From: an uncultured Trueperaceae bacterium
Lineage (GTDB): Bacteria; Deinococcota; Deinococci; Deinococcales; Trueperaceae
NCBI GenBank assembly: GCA_963799485.1
Contig: CAWCXJ010000005.1
Span: 170,480 to 234,479, forward strand
DNA: 64,000 nt
Direction: 5' to 3'
Below, one piece after another: positions 20,451-29,544 of this stretch. The notes under the pieces are model-generated. The model was not told the DNA's origin. It was given only the letters and a program-made list of their open reading frames with translations, and made no database searches. How positions within the stretch are numbered: the stretch's first letter is position 1; every line of letters starts with the position of its first letter. Both the position numbers and the translations under genes were made by a program.

Positions 20451-21080
20451 ATGAGTGACGCTAAGACCGAGATTTTAAGCCGGATACGGGGCGCTTTAGG
20501 TGAACGTCGGAATGCGCCTGAGGTGGCGCGAGGCTACCTCCACACCTCAGGCTTGCCGCAAACCGAACTTGTCGAAATGTTTTCTGAGCGCACCACCGAA
20601 TACCGTGCGACGGTCTACCGGACGATCGAGGCCGAACTGAGTAAGAAAATCGCAGAAGTCTGCCGTTTACGCGGGGCAAAAACGCTCGTCGTTCCTGCCG
20701 ACCTGCCGGATTCTTGGAGAGCTCGAGCTGTGCAGTTCATCCCCGACAACGGCCTGACGAACGCCGAACTGAGCGCCGCCGACGGCGTGCTGAGCGGGTG
20801 TGCGCTGGCGGTGGCGCAAACCGGAACCCTCGTTCTAGACGGTGGTACGGCGCAGGGGCGGCGCGCTCTGACGCTCTTACCCGACCTGCACCTCTGCGTC
20901 GTCTTTACGCGTCAAATCGTCGGGACGGTGCCCGAGGCGGTTACGGCGTTGCAAGGTGCAGCAACCCGTCCCCTGACCTTGATTTCAGGGCCGTCGGCTA
21001 CCTCGGACATCGAACTGAACCGGGTCGAAGGGGTTCACGGCCCGCGCACCCTAAATATCTTGCTCGTGGAGGAGACTTGA
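20451..21080 (+). CDS. lutC: Lactate utilization protein C (LUD domain)
   Basis: ISGPSATSDIELNRVEGVHGP motif. Confidence 0.92.
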   Translation: MSDAKTEILSRIRGALGERRNAPEVARGYLHTSGLPQTELVEMFSERTTEYRATVYRTIEAELSKKIAEVCRLRGAKTLVVPADLPDSWRARAVQFIPDNGLTNAELSAADGVLSGCALAVAQTGTLVLDGGTAQGRRALTLLPDLHLCVVFTRQIVGTVPEAVTALQGAATRPLTLISGPSATSDIELNRVEGVHGPRTLNILLVEET

Positions 21081-23254
21081 TGGATTTTCGGCACGTCAAT
21101 TATTTGTGGGATGACGACAAGGCGGCGCAGTTAGGGCCGGTAGAACGGCTCGTCTACCGCTCGAACCTCTTAGGTCAAGACCAGCGCATTACGAATACAG
21201 GCGGCGGCAACACCTCGGCGAAACTCACCATGCGCGACCCGCTGACGGGCGAAGACGCCGAAATCTTATGGGTCAAAGGCTCCGGCGGCGACCTGAGGAC
21301 GTCCAAACGCGAAAACTTCGCCTCGCTCTATCTGGAGAAGTTGGAGGCGCTTAAAAGTATCTACAACGCTGCGCCCGACAGGGGTGTCAAAACGCCCGTT
21401 GAAGACGAGATGGTGGGGCTGTACCCGCATACGGTTTACGGGCTGAACCCCAGGGCCTCGTCTATCGACACGCCGCTGCACGCCTTTATCCCTTTTAAGC
21501 ACGTAGACCACACCCACCCGAACGCCGTGATTGCCATCGCCGCGTCCGAAAACGGTGAGGCGCTGACCCGTGAGATTTACGGCGATGAAGTCGGCTGGAT
21601 TGCGTGGCAGCGCCCCGGTTTCGACCTGGGTCTGAAGATGCAGGAGCTGGTGGAGCAAAACCCCAACCTTAAAGGTCTGGTGATGGGTCAGCACGGGCTT
21701 ATCAACTGGGCGGGCGACGACCGGGCGTGTTACGAGCTGACGCTGACGCTGATTGAAAAGGCGGCGCGGTTTATCGAGGCGCGGGACAAGGGTGCCGAGA
21801 CGTTCGGCGGGCAGAAGGTGAAGGTACTCGAGGAAACAGACCGTAACGCCCTTTTACGGCGCGTTTTGCCCGTTTTACGGGGACTGGCTTCACAGGAAAA
21901 CCGTTTTGTGGCAACCGTTGAGGCTCGGCCTGAAGTTTTAGAGTTCGTCTCGAGCCAAGACGCTCCCCGACTCGCCGAACTCGGGACGAGCTGCCCCGAC
22001 CACTTCTTACGCACCAAAATCAAACCGCTGTACCTCGAGTGGACGCCGGACGACGGGGTGGACGCGCTGCGCGAGAAACTTCAACCAGCACTGGCAAGTT
22101 ACCGTAAAGATTACGCCGCCTACTACGAAAAATGTAAACACCCCGACTCACCGCCGCTGCGCGACCCCAACCCGACCGTTGTGCTAATTCCCGGCGTGGG
22201 CATGGTCGCTTTCGGTAAAAACAAAAGTGAGTCTCGAGTCACCGCCGAGTTTTACACCTGCGCCGTCGCGGTGATGCGCGGTGCGGAGGCGGTCGGACGC
22301 TACCTCTCGCTACCCGCGCAAGAAGCGTTTGATATCGAATACTGGGCGTTGGAAGAAGCGAAACTCCGCCGGATGCCCGCCGAGCGTGAGTTCGCCCGGA
22401 GCGTCGTCGTCGTTGTCGGCGCAGGGAGCGGTATCGGTCGCGCCGTTGCGGAGCGCGTTGCGGCGGAGAGCGCACACATCGTCGCCGCCGACCTGAGTTT
22501 GGACGCGGCGCAGGCCACTGCAGATATTTTAACGGAGCGTTACGGCGTCGGTATCGGCGTTGCCGGGACAGGTATTTCAGGCTGCGGCCCGGCGCTCGGC
22601 CTACAGGTCGACGTGACGAATCGCGCCAGTATCCAAGAGATGCTTGGACAAATTGTTTTAGCTTACGGCGGCGTTGACACTGTCATCGTCACAGCAGGCA
22701 TCTTTATCTCACCCGACGCCACTGGGCACATCCCCGATGAAGCCTGGGCGAAAACCTTCGGTATCAACGTCACGGGCGGCTACCTCGTCGCCGACGAGGC
22801 GCAGCGTATCTGGGCGGCGCAGGGCTTAAGCGGGAGTCTGGTGTTGACAACGAGTGTCAACGGTGCGGTGCCGAAAAAGGGCTCTTTGGCTTACGACACC
22901 TCGAAGGCGGCGGCGAATCACCTGGTACGGGAGCTGGCTTTAGAGCTTTCCCCGCTCGTCCGGGTAAACGGCCTGGCCCCGGCAACCGTCGTCGAAGGCA
23001 GCGCGATGTTTCCCAGAGAGCGCGTGATTAGTTCTTTGACAAAGTACGATATTACGTTTTCTGAAGCCGAAGAAACTGAAGCGTTGCGCGACAAACTCTC
23101 CGCGTTTTACGCCGAACGCACCCTTACAAAGTCGCCGATTACGCTTGCTGACCAAGCCGAGGCCGCTTACCTTTTGGCGAGCAGCAAGTTGTCTAAAACG
23201 ACGGGGCAAATTATCAGTGTGGACGGCGGTTTGCCGGAGGCGTTTTTACGGTAA
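21080..23254 (+). CDS. Bifunctional rhamnulose-1-phosphate aldolase / short-chain dehydrogenase (RhaEW type)
   Basis: ATG overlaps the lutC stop; GGGNTSAK, HVDHTHP and GTSCPDHFLRTK motifs; SDR GAGSGIG and YDTSK. Confidence 0.93.
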   Translation: MDFRHVNYLWDDDKAAQLGPVERLVYRSNLLGQDQRITNTGGGNTSAKLTMRDPLTGEDAEILWVKGSGGDLRTSKRENFASLYLEKLEALKSIYNAAPDRGVKTPVEDEMVGLYPHTVYGLNPRASSIDTPLHAFIPFKHVDHTHPNAVIAIAASENGEALTREIYGDEVGWIAWQRPGFDLGLKMQELVEQNPNLKGLVMGQHGLINWAGDDRACYELTLTLIEKAARFIEARDKGAETFGGQKVKVLEETDRNALLRRVLPVLRGLASQENRFVATVEARPEVLEFVSSQDAPRLAELGTSCPDHFLRTKIKPLYLEWTPDDGVDALREKLQPALASYRKDYAAYYEKCKHPDSPPLRDPNPTVVLIPGVGMVAFGKNKSESRVTAEFYTCAVAVMRGAEAVGRYLSLPAQEAFDIEYWALEEAKLRRMPAEREFARSVVVVVGAGSGIGRAVAERVAAESAHIVAADLSLDAAQATADILTERYGVGIGVAGTGISGCGPALGLQVDVTNRASIQEMLGQIVLAYGGVDTVIVTAGIFISPDATGHIPDEAWAKTFGINVTGGYLVADEAQRIWAAQGLSGSLVLTTSVNGAVPKKGSLAYDTSKAAANHLVRELALELSPLVRVNGLAPATVVEGSAMFPRERVISSLTKYDITFSEAEETEALRDKLSAFYAERTLTKSPITLADQAEAAYLLASSKLSKTTGQIISVDGGLPEAFLR

Positions 23255-23327
23255 AAGCAACGAGCAATTGGTGATGAGCAATGAGTAAAGCCCCTTCTCA
23301 CTGCTCGTTGCTCGGTACTCATTGCTT
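23255..23327. repeat. Heptamer repeats followed by their reverse complements (hairpin)
   Basis: aagcaac gagcaat tggtgat gagcaat gagtaaa ... ctcactg ctcgttg ctcggta ctcattg. Confidence 0.75.
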
Positions 23328-23338
23328 TAAGATAGCCT

Positions 23339-24208
23339 ATGAAACTCGCATGGATAGGTCTCGGCACGATGGGCGCGCCGATGGCGCAGCGTTTGATTGA
23401 CGCAGGGCTCGAGGTAACGGTTTACAACCGTACCCAAAAACGCGAAGAAAACGTTACGGGGGCGAAGCGGGCCGACAGCCCCCAAGGGGCCGCATCAGAC
23501 TGTGACGCCGTGTTTACGATGGTCAGCGACACGCCGGACGCCGAAGCCGTGATTGCCGGTGAAGGGGGCGCACTTTACGGTATGAAACCCGGCAGCGTGC
23601 TGGTAGACATGAGCACCATCAGCCCCGCTGTGACGCAAAGCTTAGCCGCGCAGCTCGCTGAAAAAGGTATAGAGATGCTCGACGCGCCTGTTTCGGGCGG
23701 CAGCGAAGGCGCGCAAAAAGGTACGCTCGCGGTGATGGTCGGGGGTAAAGCTGAGGTTTTAGAGCGCGTTCAGGACGTGCTTTCACACCTCGCTAAAACT
23801 GTGACTTATGTGGGGCCGTCCGGGAGTGGGCAGCTTGTCAAGGCTATCAACCAGGTGGTGATTGCCGGGACATATGCAGCGGTTGCTGAGGGGATGGCGC
23901 TCGGCCTCGCCGCAGATTTGGATATGGACGCGGTGGTTTCGGCGATTGCGGGTGGTGCGGCGGGCTCGTGGGTGTTAGAAAACCGCTCCGGCAACATGAT
24001 TCGCGGTGAGTATCCGCTCGGGTTTCGGACACGGCTGCACCGTAAAGATTTGGGGATTGCGCTCTCGGCGGCGCGGGATTTAGGGGTGCCGCTTCAGGTT
24101 ACGGCGCTTGTAGAACAGCTCGAGACCGGCCTTATCAAACGGGGTTACGGCGACGAAGACGTGTCGAATATCGCCCGAGCGGTGCGGGAGAGTGCGGGGC
24201 TCAAGTGA
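23339..24208 (+). CDS. NAD(P)-dependent beta-hydroxyacid dehydrogenase (3-hydroxyisobutyrate/tartronate semialdehyde reductase family)
   Basis: IGLGTMG, DAPVSGG and GSGQLVKAINQ motifs. Confidence 0.92.
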   Translation: MKLAWIGLGTMGAPMAQRLIDAGLEVTVYNRTQKREENVTGAKRADSPQGAASDCDAVFTMVSDTPDAEAVIAGEGGALYGMKPGSVLVDMSTISPAVTQSLAAQLAEKGIEMLDAPVSGGSEGAQKGTLAVMVGGKAEVLERVQDVLSHLAKTVTYVGPSGSGQLVKAINQVVIAGTYAAVAEGMALGLAADLDMDAVVSAIAGGAAGSWVLENRSGNMIRGEYPLGFRTRLHRKDLGIALSAARDLGVPLQVTALVEQLETGLIKRGYGDEDVSNIARAVRESAGLK

Positions 24209-24737
24209 ATTTGGGCGAAGCTTACCTGTCTGACGTTCGGAACCGTTTCATCAGCCTGAAGAAGCTGGCGGACGATGCGCTGAAACAAGCCGACGCCGAC
24301 TTTTTTACGGTCTTGGGGCCGGAAGATAACTCTCTGGCAGTTATCGTCAAGCATATGAGCGGGAATATGGTGTCGCGTTGGGGCAATTTGAGCGAGGATG
24401 GGGAGAGTAAAAGTAGAGACCGCGACGCCGAGTTTATCATTTCGGAAAGCCGGGATGATTTACTCGCACGGTGGGAAAACGGTTGGGATACGCTGTTTGG
24501 GGCGCTCGAGTCGCTCAACCCCGACAAGTTGTTAGACACCGTAAAAATTCGCGGCGAAGCACACACGATATGGCCGCCGTAAACCGGCAGCTAAGCCACT
24601 ACGCCTATCATGTAGGCCAAATCGTCTTTCTCGCCAAGCATTTTCGGGGTGAGGCGTGGGCGAGTTTGAGTATTCCGCGCGGGGAGTCGGCAGCGTTTAA
24701 CGAGAAGATGCTCGAGAGGAATGACAAAACAATTTAG
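24205..24737 (+). pseudogene. DUF1572/DinB-like protein split by a 1-nt frameshift near 24568
   Basis: First frame NSLAVIVKHMSGNM.SRW..RDRDAEF..IRGEAHT; second frame continues MAAVNRQLSHYAYHVGQIVFLAK..W.SLSIPRG. Confidence 0.8.
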
Positions 24738-24746
24738 AGGTTCTGT

Positions 24747-26198
24747 CTACTGGATAGATTGTAAGTCAGCCATTGTAGGAAGGTCGGCCTCCGTAATAGC
24801 AGACAGGTTTTCTTCAGTGATGTCGGTTATCGTCACGATGCGATTCGCTTGGTTACTGAGCGTCATTTCAAAGAGGTTTCTGGCAAATCTTGCGTTACCA
24901 AAAGTTTCATCTCGAGTTTCGTAAAAAGTGGCGAAGAGTTGAAGTAAAGCGTCTCTCGCTGCTTGCTCCATATGGTAATCGGCGTTTTTGCAAAATAACT
25001 CAAAAATTTCAACCAGCTGCATTGGGCTGTAGTCTTCAAAGCTCAAGTACTTGTTGAAGCGTGAGCGTAAACCTGGATTAGAAGACAGAAAGGCGCTCAT
25101 CTTGTCGGTGTAGCCAGCGACAATAACGATGAAGTCATCACGCTTGTCCTCCATAGCTTTGAGTAAGGTATCAATAGCCTCCTGCCCGTAATCTTGCCCA
25201 CTTCCCGAATTTAGGGCATACGCTTCGTCAATGAACAGAACACCACCGAGGGCGCTTTCTATAACTTCTGTGGTTTTTAACGCCGTCTGGCCTATATAGC
25301 CTGCGACGAGGCCGGAACGGTCTGTTTCTACTGCGTGCCCCTTGCTCAATATGCCCAGTGACTTATAAATTTGGGCCAAAAGCCGCGCAATAGTGGTTTT
25401 TCCGGTGCCTGGATTCCCGTAAAAGACCAAGTGGCGAGATACAGGCTGTACGCCCAAACCTTTAGACTGCCGGATCTGCTGAACTTTCAAAAAGTTCACA
25501 AGCTGTGCCACATCACCTTTAACGCGCTCGAGGCCAACAAGAGCATTCAACTCACCAAGTAGTCCGTCAAGGCTGTGGGGGACTCCTTCGGTGGAGCTTG
25601 CAATTTCGTTTGTGACTTCAGTAGGTTTGCCGGATATGTTGCTGTAATTTGAATCCGCCCCATACAGAACATTCTTGAACTTGAGTAGCGCAGCTTCTTC
25701 GGTGCGTGTGAGTTTGCCGTCGGCTTTGACTATGGTGTTAGCGTATCGAAAATACACCGCTCTAGCAATTTCAACACAATCAGTGCCACGCACTTGGTCG
25801 TAAACTTCGAGAAAACCCATCGCTTGTGGCATTTCAGGTGTTCTATAAGAGTCAGGGTTATCTATATACAAGTTTCGGAGCATCGTTTGATGTTGACTTC
25901 TTGTCCAATGGCTCGTGTCAACCGGAGAAATATTCATAAACTGATTTACATCTGCCAAAATACCAGCCTCATCGTCTGAAATATCTCCGTCTATGGCTGA
26001 AAAATACATGCCCACATTGAAAAGAGACAGAGCCATGATTTTCCAGCCGTCAACATTTGCATTAGACATTTGCCTTGCATGAATTACCAAATCTATTTTG
26101 TCAGCTAAATCTCCCACCGTATCTTTCAAATGGCTGATTATCTCGTGACTGTTAGCATGAAGAGACACGGTAGCTCCTAACGTGAATTGCCATAACAA
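24747..26198 (-). CDS. CbbX/SpoVK-like AAA+ ATPase with a TerB-like N-terminal region; low GC; start uncertain
   Basis: LVGLERVK, HLVFYGNPGTGKTT, GVLFIDEAY, NPGLRSRF and FGNARFARN motifs; N-terminal AIDGDISDDE and ADGKLTRTE motifs. Confidence 0.85.
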   Translation of the reverse strand: MLWQFTLGATVSLHANSHEIISHLKDTVGDLADKIDLVIHARQMSNANVDGWKIMALSLFNVGMYFSAIDGDISDDEAGILADVNQFMNISPVDTSHWTRSQHQTMLRNLYIDNPDSYRTPEMPQAMGFLEVYDQVRGTDCVEIARAVYFRYANTIVKADGKLTRTEEAALLKFKNVLYGADSNYSNISGKPTEVTNEIASSTEGVPHSLDGLLGELNALVGLERVKGDVAQLVNFLKVQQIRQSKGLGVQPVSRHLVFYGNPGTGKTTIARLLAQIYKSLGILSKGHAVETDRSGLVAGYIGQTALKTTEVIESALGGVLFIDEAYALNSGSGQDYGQEAIDTLLKAMEDKRDDFIVIVAGYTDKMSAFLSSNPGLRSRFNKYLSFEDYSPMQLVEIFELFCKNADYHMEQAARDALLQLFATFYETRDETFGNARFARNLFEMTLSNQANRIVTITDITEENLSAITEADLPTMADLQSIQ

Positions 26199-26305
26199 AT
26201 CATAACTTATGCAAGGGTGGTAAAGACTGGGGTCTCGGGTTTATCGTTAATTTTTTGCAAGCTGTAGCCTTGACAGACCCCACATCCCGGCACGACGATT
26301 GACAT

Positions 26306-27640
26306 ATGACACTCGCTATCCCGCCCCGCGTTCCCGGACATCCGATTTTGGGCAACCTGCCCGCTTACCGTGACAACCCACTCACCTTCGGTCGTAAAGT
26401 CTCCGCCGAATACGGCGACGTGGTGGATTTACGCGTTTTCCACCGCCGCATTTTCTTGCTCTCTCGCCCTGAACATATCCATCAGGTCTTGGTGAAAGAC
26501 GCCCACAAGTTTCACAAATCGCCGGTCTACCGGATATTTCTGGGCCGTGCGCTCGGTGAAGGATTGTTGACCAGCGAGGGCGACTTCTGGCGGCGGCAGC
26601 GCAAACTGGCGCAACCGGCGTTTCATCACGGGCGGATTCAGAGCTACGCCGAAACGATGACCGACTACGCGGACGCGACCGCCAAGCGTTGGGCGGGGCA
26701 GGAGACCGTTCAGGTGGGGCAAGAGATGGCTAGGTTGACGCTCGAGGTCGTCTGCCGCACGCTTTTCAGCACCGATATCCGCGGTCAGGCCGACCGTATC
26801 GGGCACGCCCTCACAGAACTTCTGGAAGCCGTCACCGAAGCGACCGGCGCGCCGGTCTTTCTCCCCGAGTGGTTGCCGACCCGGAACAACCGCCGCATCC
26901 GGCGCGGCGTCGCCGAACTCGACAGCGTGATTATGCCGCTGATCGAAGAGCGCAGACGGCGTGGTGACGACACCGGCGACCTCTTGTCGATGTTGCTGTT
27001 GGCCCGCGACGAAGACGGCAACGGTATGAGCGATCAGCAAGTCCGTGACGAGGCCGTAACTATCGTGCTAGCCGGACACGAAACCACCGCGAACGCGCTC
27101 ACATGGGCGTGGACGCTGCTGGCGCAGCACCCGGAAGTCGAAGCGAAACTGCATGAAGAGCTCGCTGAGGTCTTGGGGGGCGACTTGCCGAGTCTGGAAC
27201 ACGTCCGGCAACTCACCTATACCGATATGATCATCAAAGAGACGATGCGCCTCTACCCGCCCATCCCCGAGTTCGGGCGGCAGGCGCAAGAAGACGTGCA
27301 GCTCGGAGATTACGCGGTTCCGGCGGGTACGATTATCATCGTCCCGGTCTACGCGGTTCACCACGACGCCCGCTGGTTCGACGAGCCGGATACGTTTCGC
27401 CCGGAACGCTTCGCTAAAGAGGCCGCTGCTACGCTGCCCAAGTTCGCGTATCTGCCCTTTAGCGGCGGGCCGCGCGTGTGTATCGGCAACAGTTTCGCGC
27501 AGATGGAAGCGGTGCTGCTCCTAGCGACGCTGGCGCAGCGCTACCGGCTCAGCTTGGAACCGGGTCAGACCGTCACGCCTGAAGCGACGCTGACGTTGCG
27601 GCCCAAAGAAAATCTGACGATGCACCTGTCTGCACGTTGA
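26306..27640 (+). CDS. Cytochrome P450
   Basis: AGHETT, ETMRLYPP, PERF and FSGGPRVCIG motifs. Confidence 0.97.
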   Translation: MTLAIPPRVPGHPILGNLPAYRDNPLTFGRKVSAEYGDVVDLRVFHRRIFLLSRPEHIHQVLVKDAHKFHKSPVYRIFLGRALGEGLLTSEGDFWRRQRKLAQPAFHHGRIQSYAETMTDYADATAKRWAGQETVQVGQEMARLTLEVVCRTLFSTDIRGQADRIGHALTELLEAVTEATGAPVFLPEWLPTRNNRRIRRGVAELDSVIMPLIEERRRRGDDTGDLLSMLLLARDEDGNGMSDQQVRDEAVTIVLAGHETTANALTWAWTLLAQHPEVEAKLHEELAEVLGGDLPSLEHVRQLTYTDMIIKETMRLYPPIPEFGRQAQEDVQLGDYAVPAGTIIIVPVYAVHHDARWFDEPDTFRPERFAKEAAATLPKFAYLPFSGGPRVCIGNSFAQMEAVLLLATLAQRYRLSLEPGQTVTPEATLTLRPKENLTMHLSAR

Positions 27641-27641
27641 C

Positions 27642-28364
27642 CTAGCGTTGCGCGACCACCCAGATACGTTCATCTTCGCCTGTGGCAGCGTAACCGTGCG
27701 GATAGGTCAAAATCTGCACCTTGCCGAACCCTGCGGCTGCCAGGAGCGTTCTAAGTTCGGCAGGGTCGTAGGGGCGCTCGAGATGCACCTCCGTAAAACT
27801 CCGCGCGCCCTTTTCGCAGTACGCGACGACTTTGGCAAGACCGGTCTCCTCGTCGAACGAATGCGTCCAGAGGTAGTACACATCGTCTACCCAGCCCTCG
27901 GCGCGGTCGTCTTCCCAGAGATTGCGTAAACCCACAGTGGTATTTACATCGAAGATAAACAGGCCACCGGATTTCAGGTGCCCCAAAACCCGTTCGGCGC
28001 AGCGGCGAAAGTCTCGAGGGTCTAACAGGTTGTTGAGCGAATCGAAAACCGATACCACGAGGTCGAAGGTCTCGCTTAGCTTAAATGCCGTAAAGTCAGC
28101 CTGTACAAACGTCGCTTCAGGGAATTTGGTACGGGCGACAGCGAGCATCTCGGCGGATAAATCTACACCCGTTACAGCTAGACCTGCTTCGATAAACGGT
28201 TCCGACGAATTGCCCGTACCGCAGCCCAAATCGAGGATGCTCCGAACTTCGCTGCCCGCGCCGAGCGCGACGTCCAAAATAAAGTCCGCCCACGCGCCGT
28301 ACTCTACGTCGCTCATAATCGCGTCGTAGACCTCGGCCAAAAGGCTGAACGGTTCTGCCTGCAC
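27642..28364 (-). CDS. Class I SAM-dependent methyltransferase
   Basis: ILDLGCGTG, GVDLS and GGLFIFD motifs. Confidence 0.92.
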   Translation of the reverse strand: MQAEPFSLLAEVYDAIMSDVEYGAWADFILDVALGAGSEVRSILDLGCGTGNSSEPFIEAGLAVTGVDLSAEMLAVARTKFPEATFVQADFTAFKLSETFDLVVSVFDSLNNLLDPRDFRRCAERVLGHLKSGGLFIFDVNTTVGLRNLWEDDRAEGWVDDVYYLWTHSFDEETGLAKVVAYCEKGARSFTEVHLERPYDPAELRTLLAAAGFGKVQILTYPHGYAATGEDERIWVVAQR

Positions 28365-28444
28365 AGCTAAGTATAATCGCCTGTAACGTCGCGCCGGCTT
28401 TTTGGCTATCAGCTGCCTTTTTTACGGCGCGAACCGGAGGAATT

Positions 28445-28915
28445 ATGATCGAACCTCGAGATTTTCGTAACGCTTTAGGCCGTTTTGCCAGCGGCGTCAC
28501 GGTCGTCACCATACCCGACGACAATGAACCCGCCGGTGTTCGCGGCATCACCGCCAACGCGTTCGTGTCGGTGTCGTTGTCGCCGCCCCTAGTCCTCGTG
28601 TCTATCGGGAAAAACGCCAGAGCGCACCTTCCCTTGATGAGCGCCGAGCGTTACGGCGTGAGCATCCTGAGCGACTCGCAGGCGGACGTCAGCGACCACT
28701 TTGCCGGACGCGCTGAAGAAAACGTCACGCCCGAGTTCACCGAACTCGACGGGTTTACGGTGCTCGCGGGAGCCGCCGCGCACCTCGTTTGCCGCGTTTT
28801 CGAGCAGCACGAAGCGGGCGACCACACGCTCTTTATCGGTGAGGTCGAGGCGCTGGACGTTCACGAAGAAGCGCCCCTGATCTATTTCCGGGGCAAGTAC
28901 GAGGGGCTCGCATGA
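28445..28915 (+). CDS. Flavin reductase family protein
   Basis: FRNALGRFASGVTVVT, SVSLSPPLV and AGDHTLFIGEV motifs. Confidence 0.93.
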   Translation: MIEPRDFRNALGRFASGVTVVTIPDDNEPAGVRGITANAFVSVSLSPPLVLVSIGKNARAHLPLMSAERYGVSILSDSQADVSDHFAGRAEENVTPEFTELDGFTVLAGAAAHLVCRVFEQHEAGDHTLFIGEVEALDVHEEAPLIYFRGKYEGLA

Positions 28916-29202
28916 CGCAAACAGCTGCGACGCCCGAACAGGCTGCCGCGCTCACCGAGCTGCTAGAGCGCTGGGACGCCGAACTAAAACGCCTGATGGC
29001 CTACCCTGAGCTGTCTCAGGACAGCGCGACTCGCCTCAATCAGAGCCGCCGCATTTTGCAGAATTACCGCCGCGTCTTAAAAGGCGACCTCGCCGAGGGG
29101 ATCGAAAAGGTTCCGGCAGCTGAACTTTTTCGCGCCATCAGCACCGCCGAGGCGTCGTTAAAACAGTTGGCTGGTCTCGAGGCCACCTTCTCCAGGAGCT
29201 AG
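28912..29202 (+). CDS. Hypothetical helical protein
   Basis: ATGA overlap with the flavin reductase; GAGGGG upstream. Confidence 0.6.
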   Translation: MTQTAATPEQAAALTELLERWDAELKRLMAYPELSQDSATRLNQSRRILQNYRRVLKGDLAEGIEKVPAAELFRAISTAEASLKQLAGLEATFSRS

Positions 29203-29269
29203 TCCGGACATAGGGCCGAGCTTGTACCAAAACGGTTGCACTCAGGCGGATATAGTGTAAACTGTCTAT

Positions 29270-29338
29270 GAACTTTGAGGGTCGTATCTCCGCACCCCGC
29301 TGCCCCCCCCGGCGGAGATCCTCTCGAAGTTCTTTTTT
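29270..29338 (+). ncRNA. Candidate small RNA: long hairpin with a C-rich loop and a U-tract
   Basis: TTGCAC(29236)-16 nt-TAAACT(29258) promoter; gaactttgagg..atctccgc / gcggagat..ctcgaagttc arms; T6 tail. Confidence 0.55.
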
Positions 29339-29544
29339 ATTTCCTGCTACTTTTGTCTAGCCGTCGCTGCCGAAATACAGCGGTTTCTATATTCCTAAAA
29401 AACCTCTCGACTTCGTGCTTTGCCACTCGCACGGCCTAAGCGTGTGGTGCGCGTCACAGGTCAGCGCAGCTAAAACGTTGCTGAGATAAAAGCTTCGCTG
29501 GACACGCACAGAATTTTGCAAGTTGCTCGAGCGTAGCGTGCTTG

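Noticed and set aside
20714..21079. N-terminal extension of the 846-aa aldolase ORF
   Set aside because: Overlaps lutC in another frame; the credible start is ATG 21080 with GGAGGAG upstream.
26306..28915. P450-methyltransferase-flavin reductase as a biosynthetic cluster
   Set aside because: Convergent and divergent orientations, and no scaffold enzyme or precursor.
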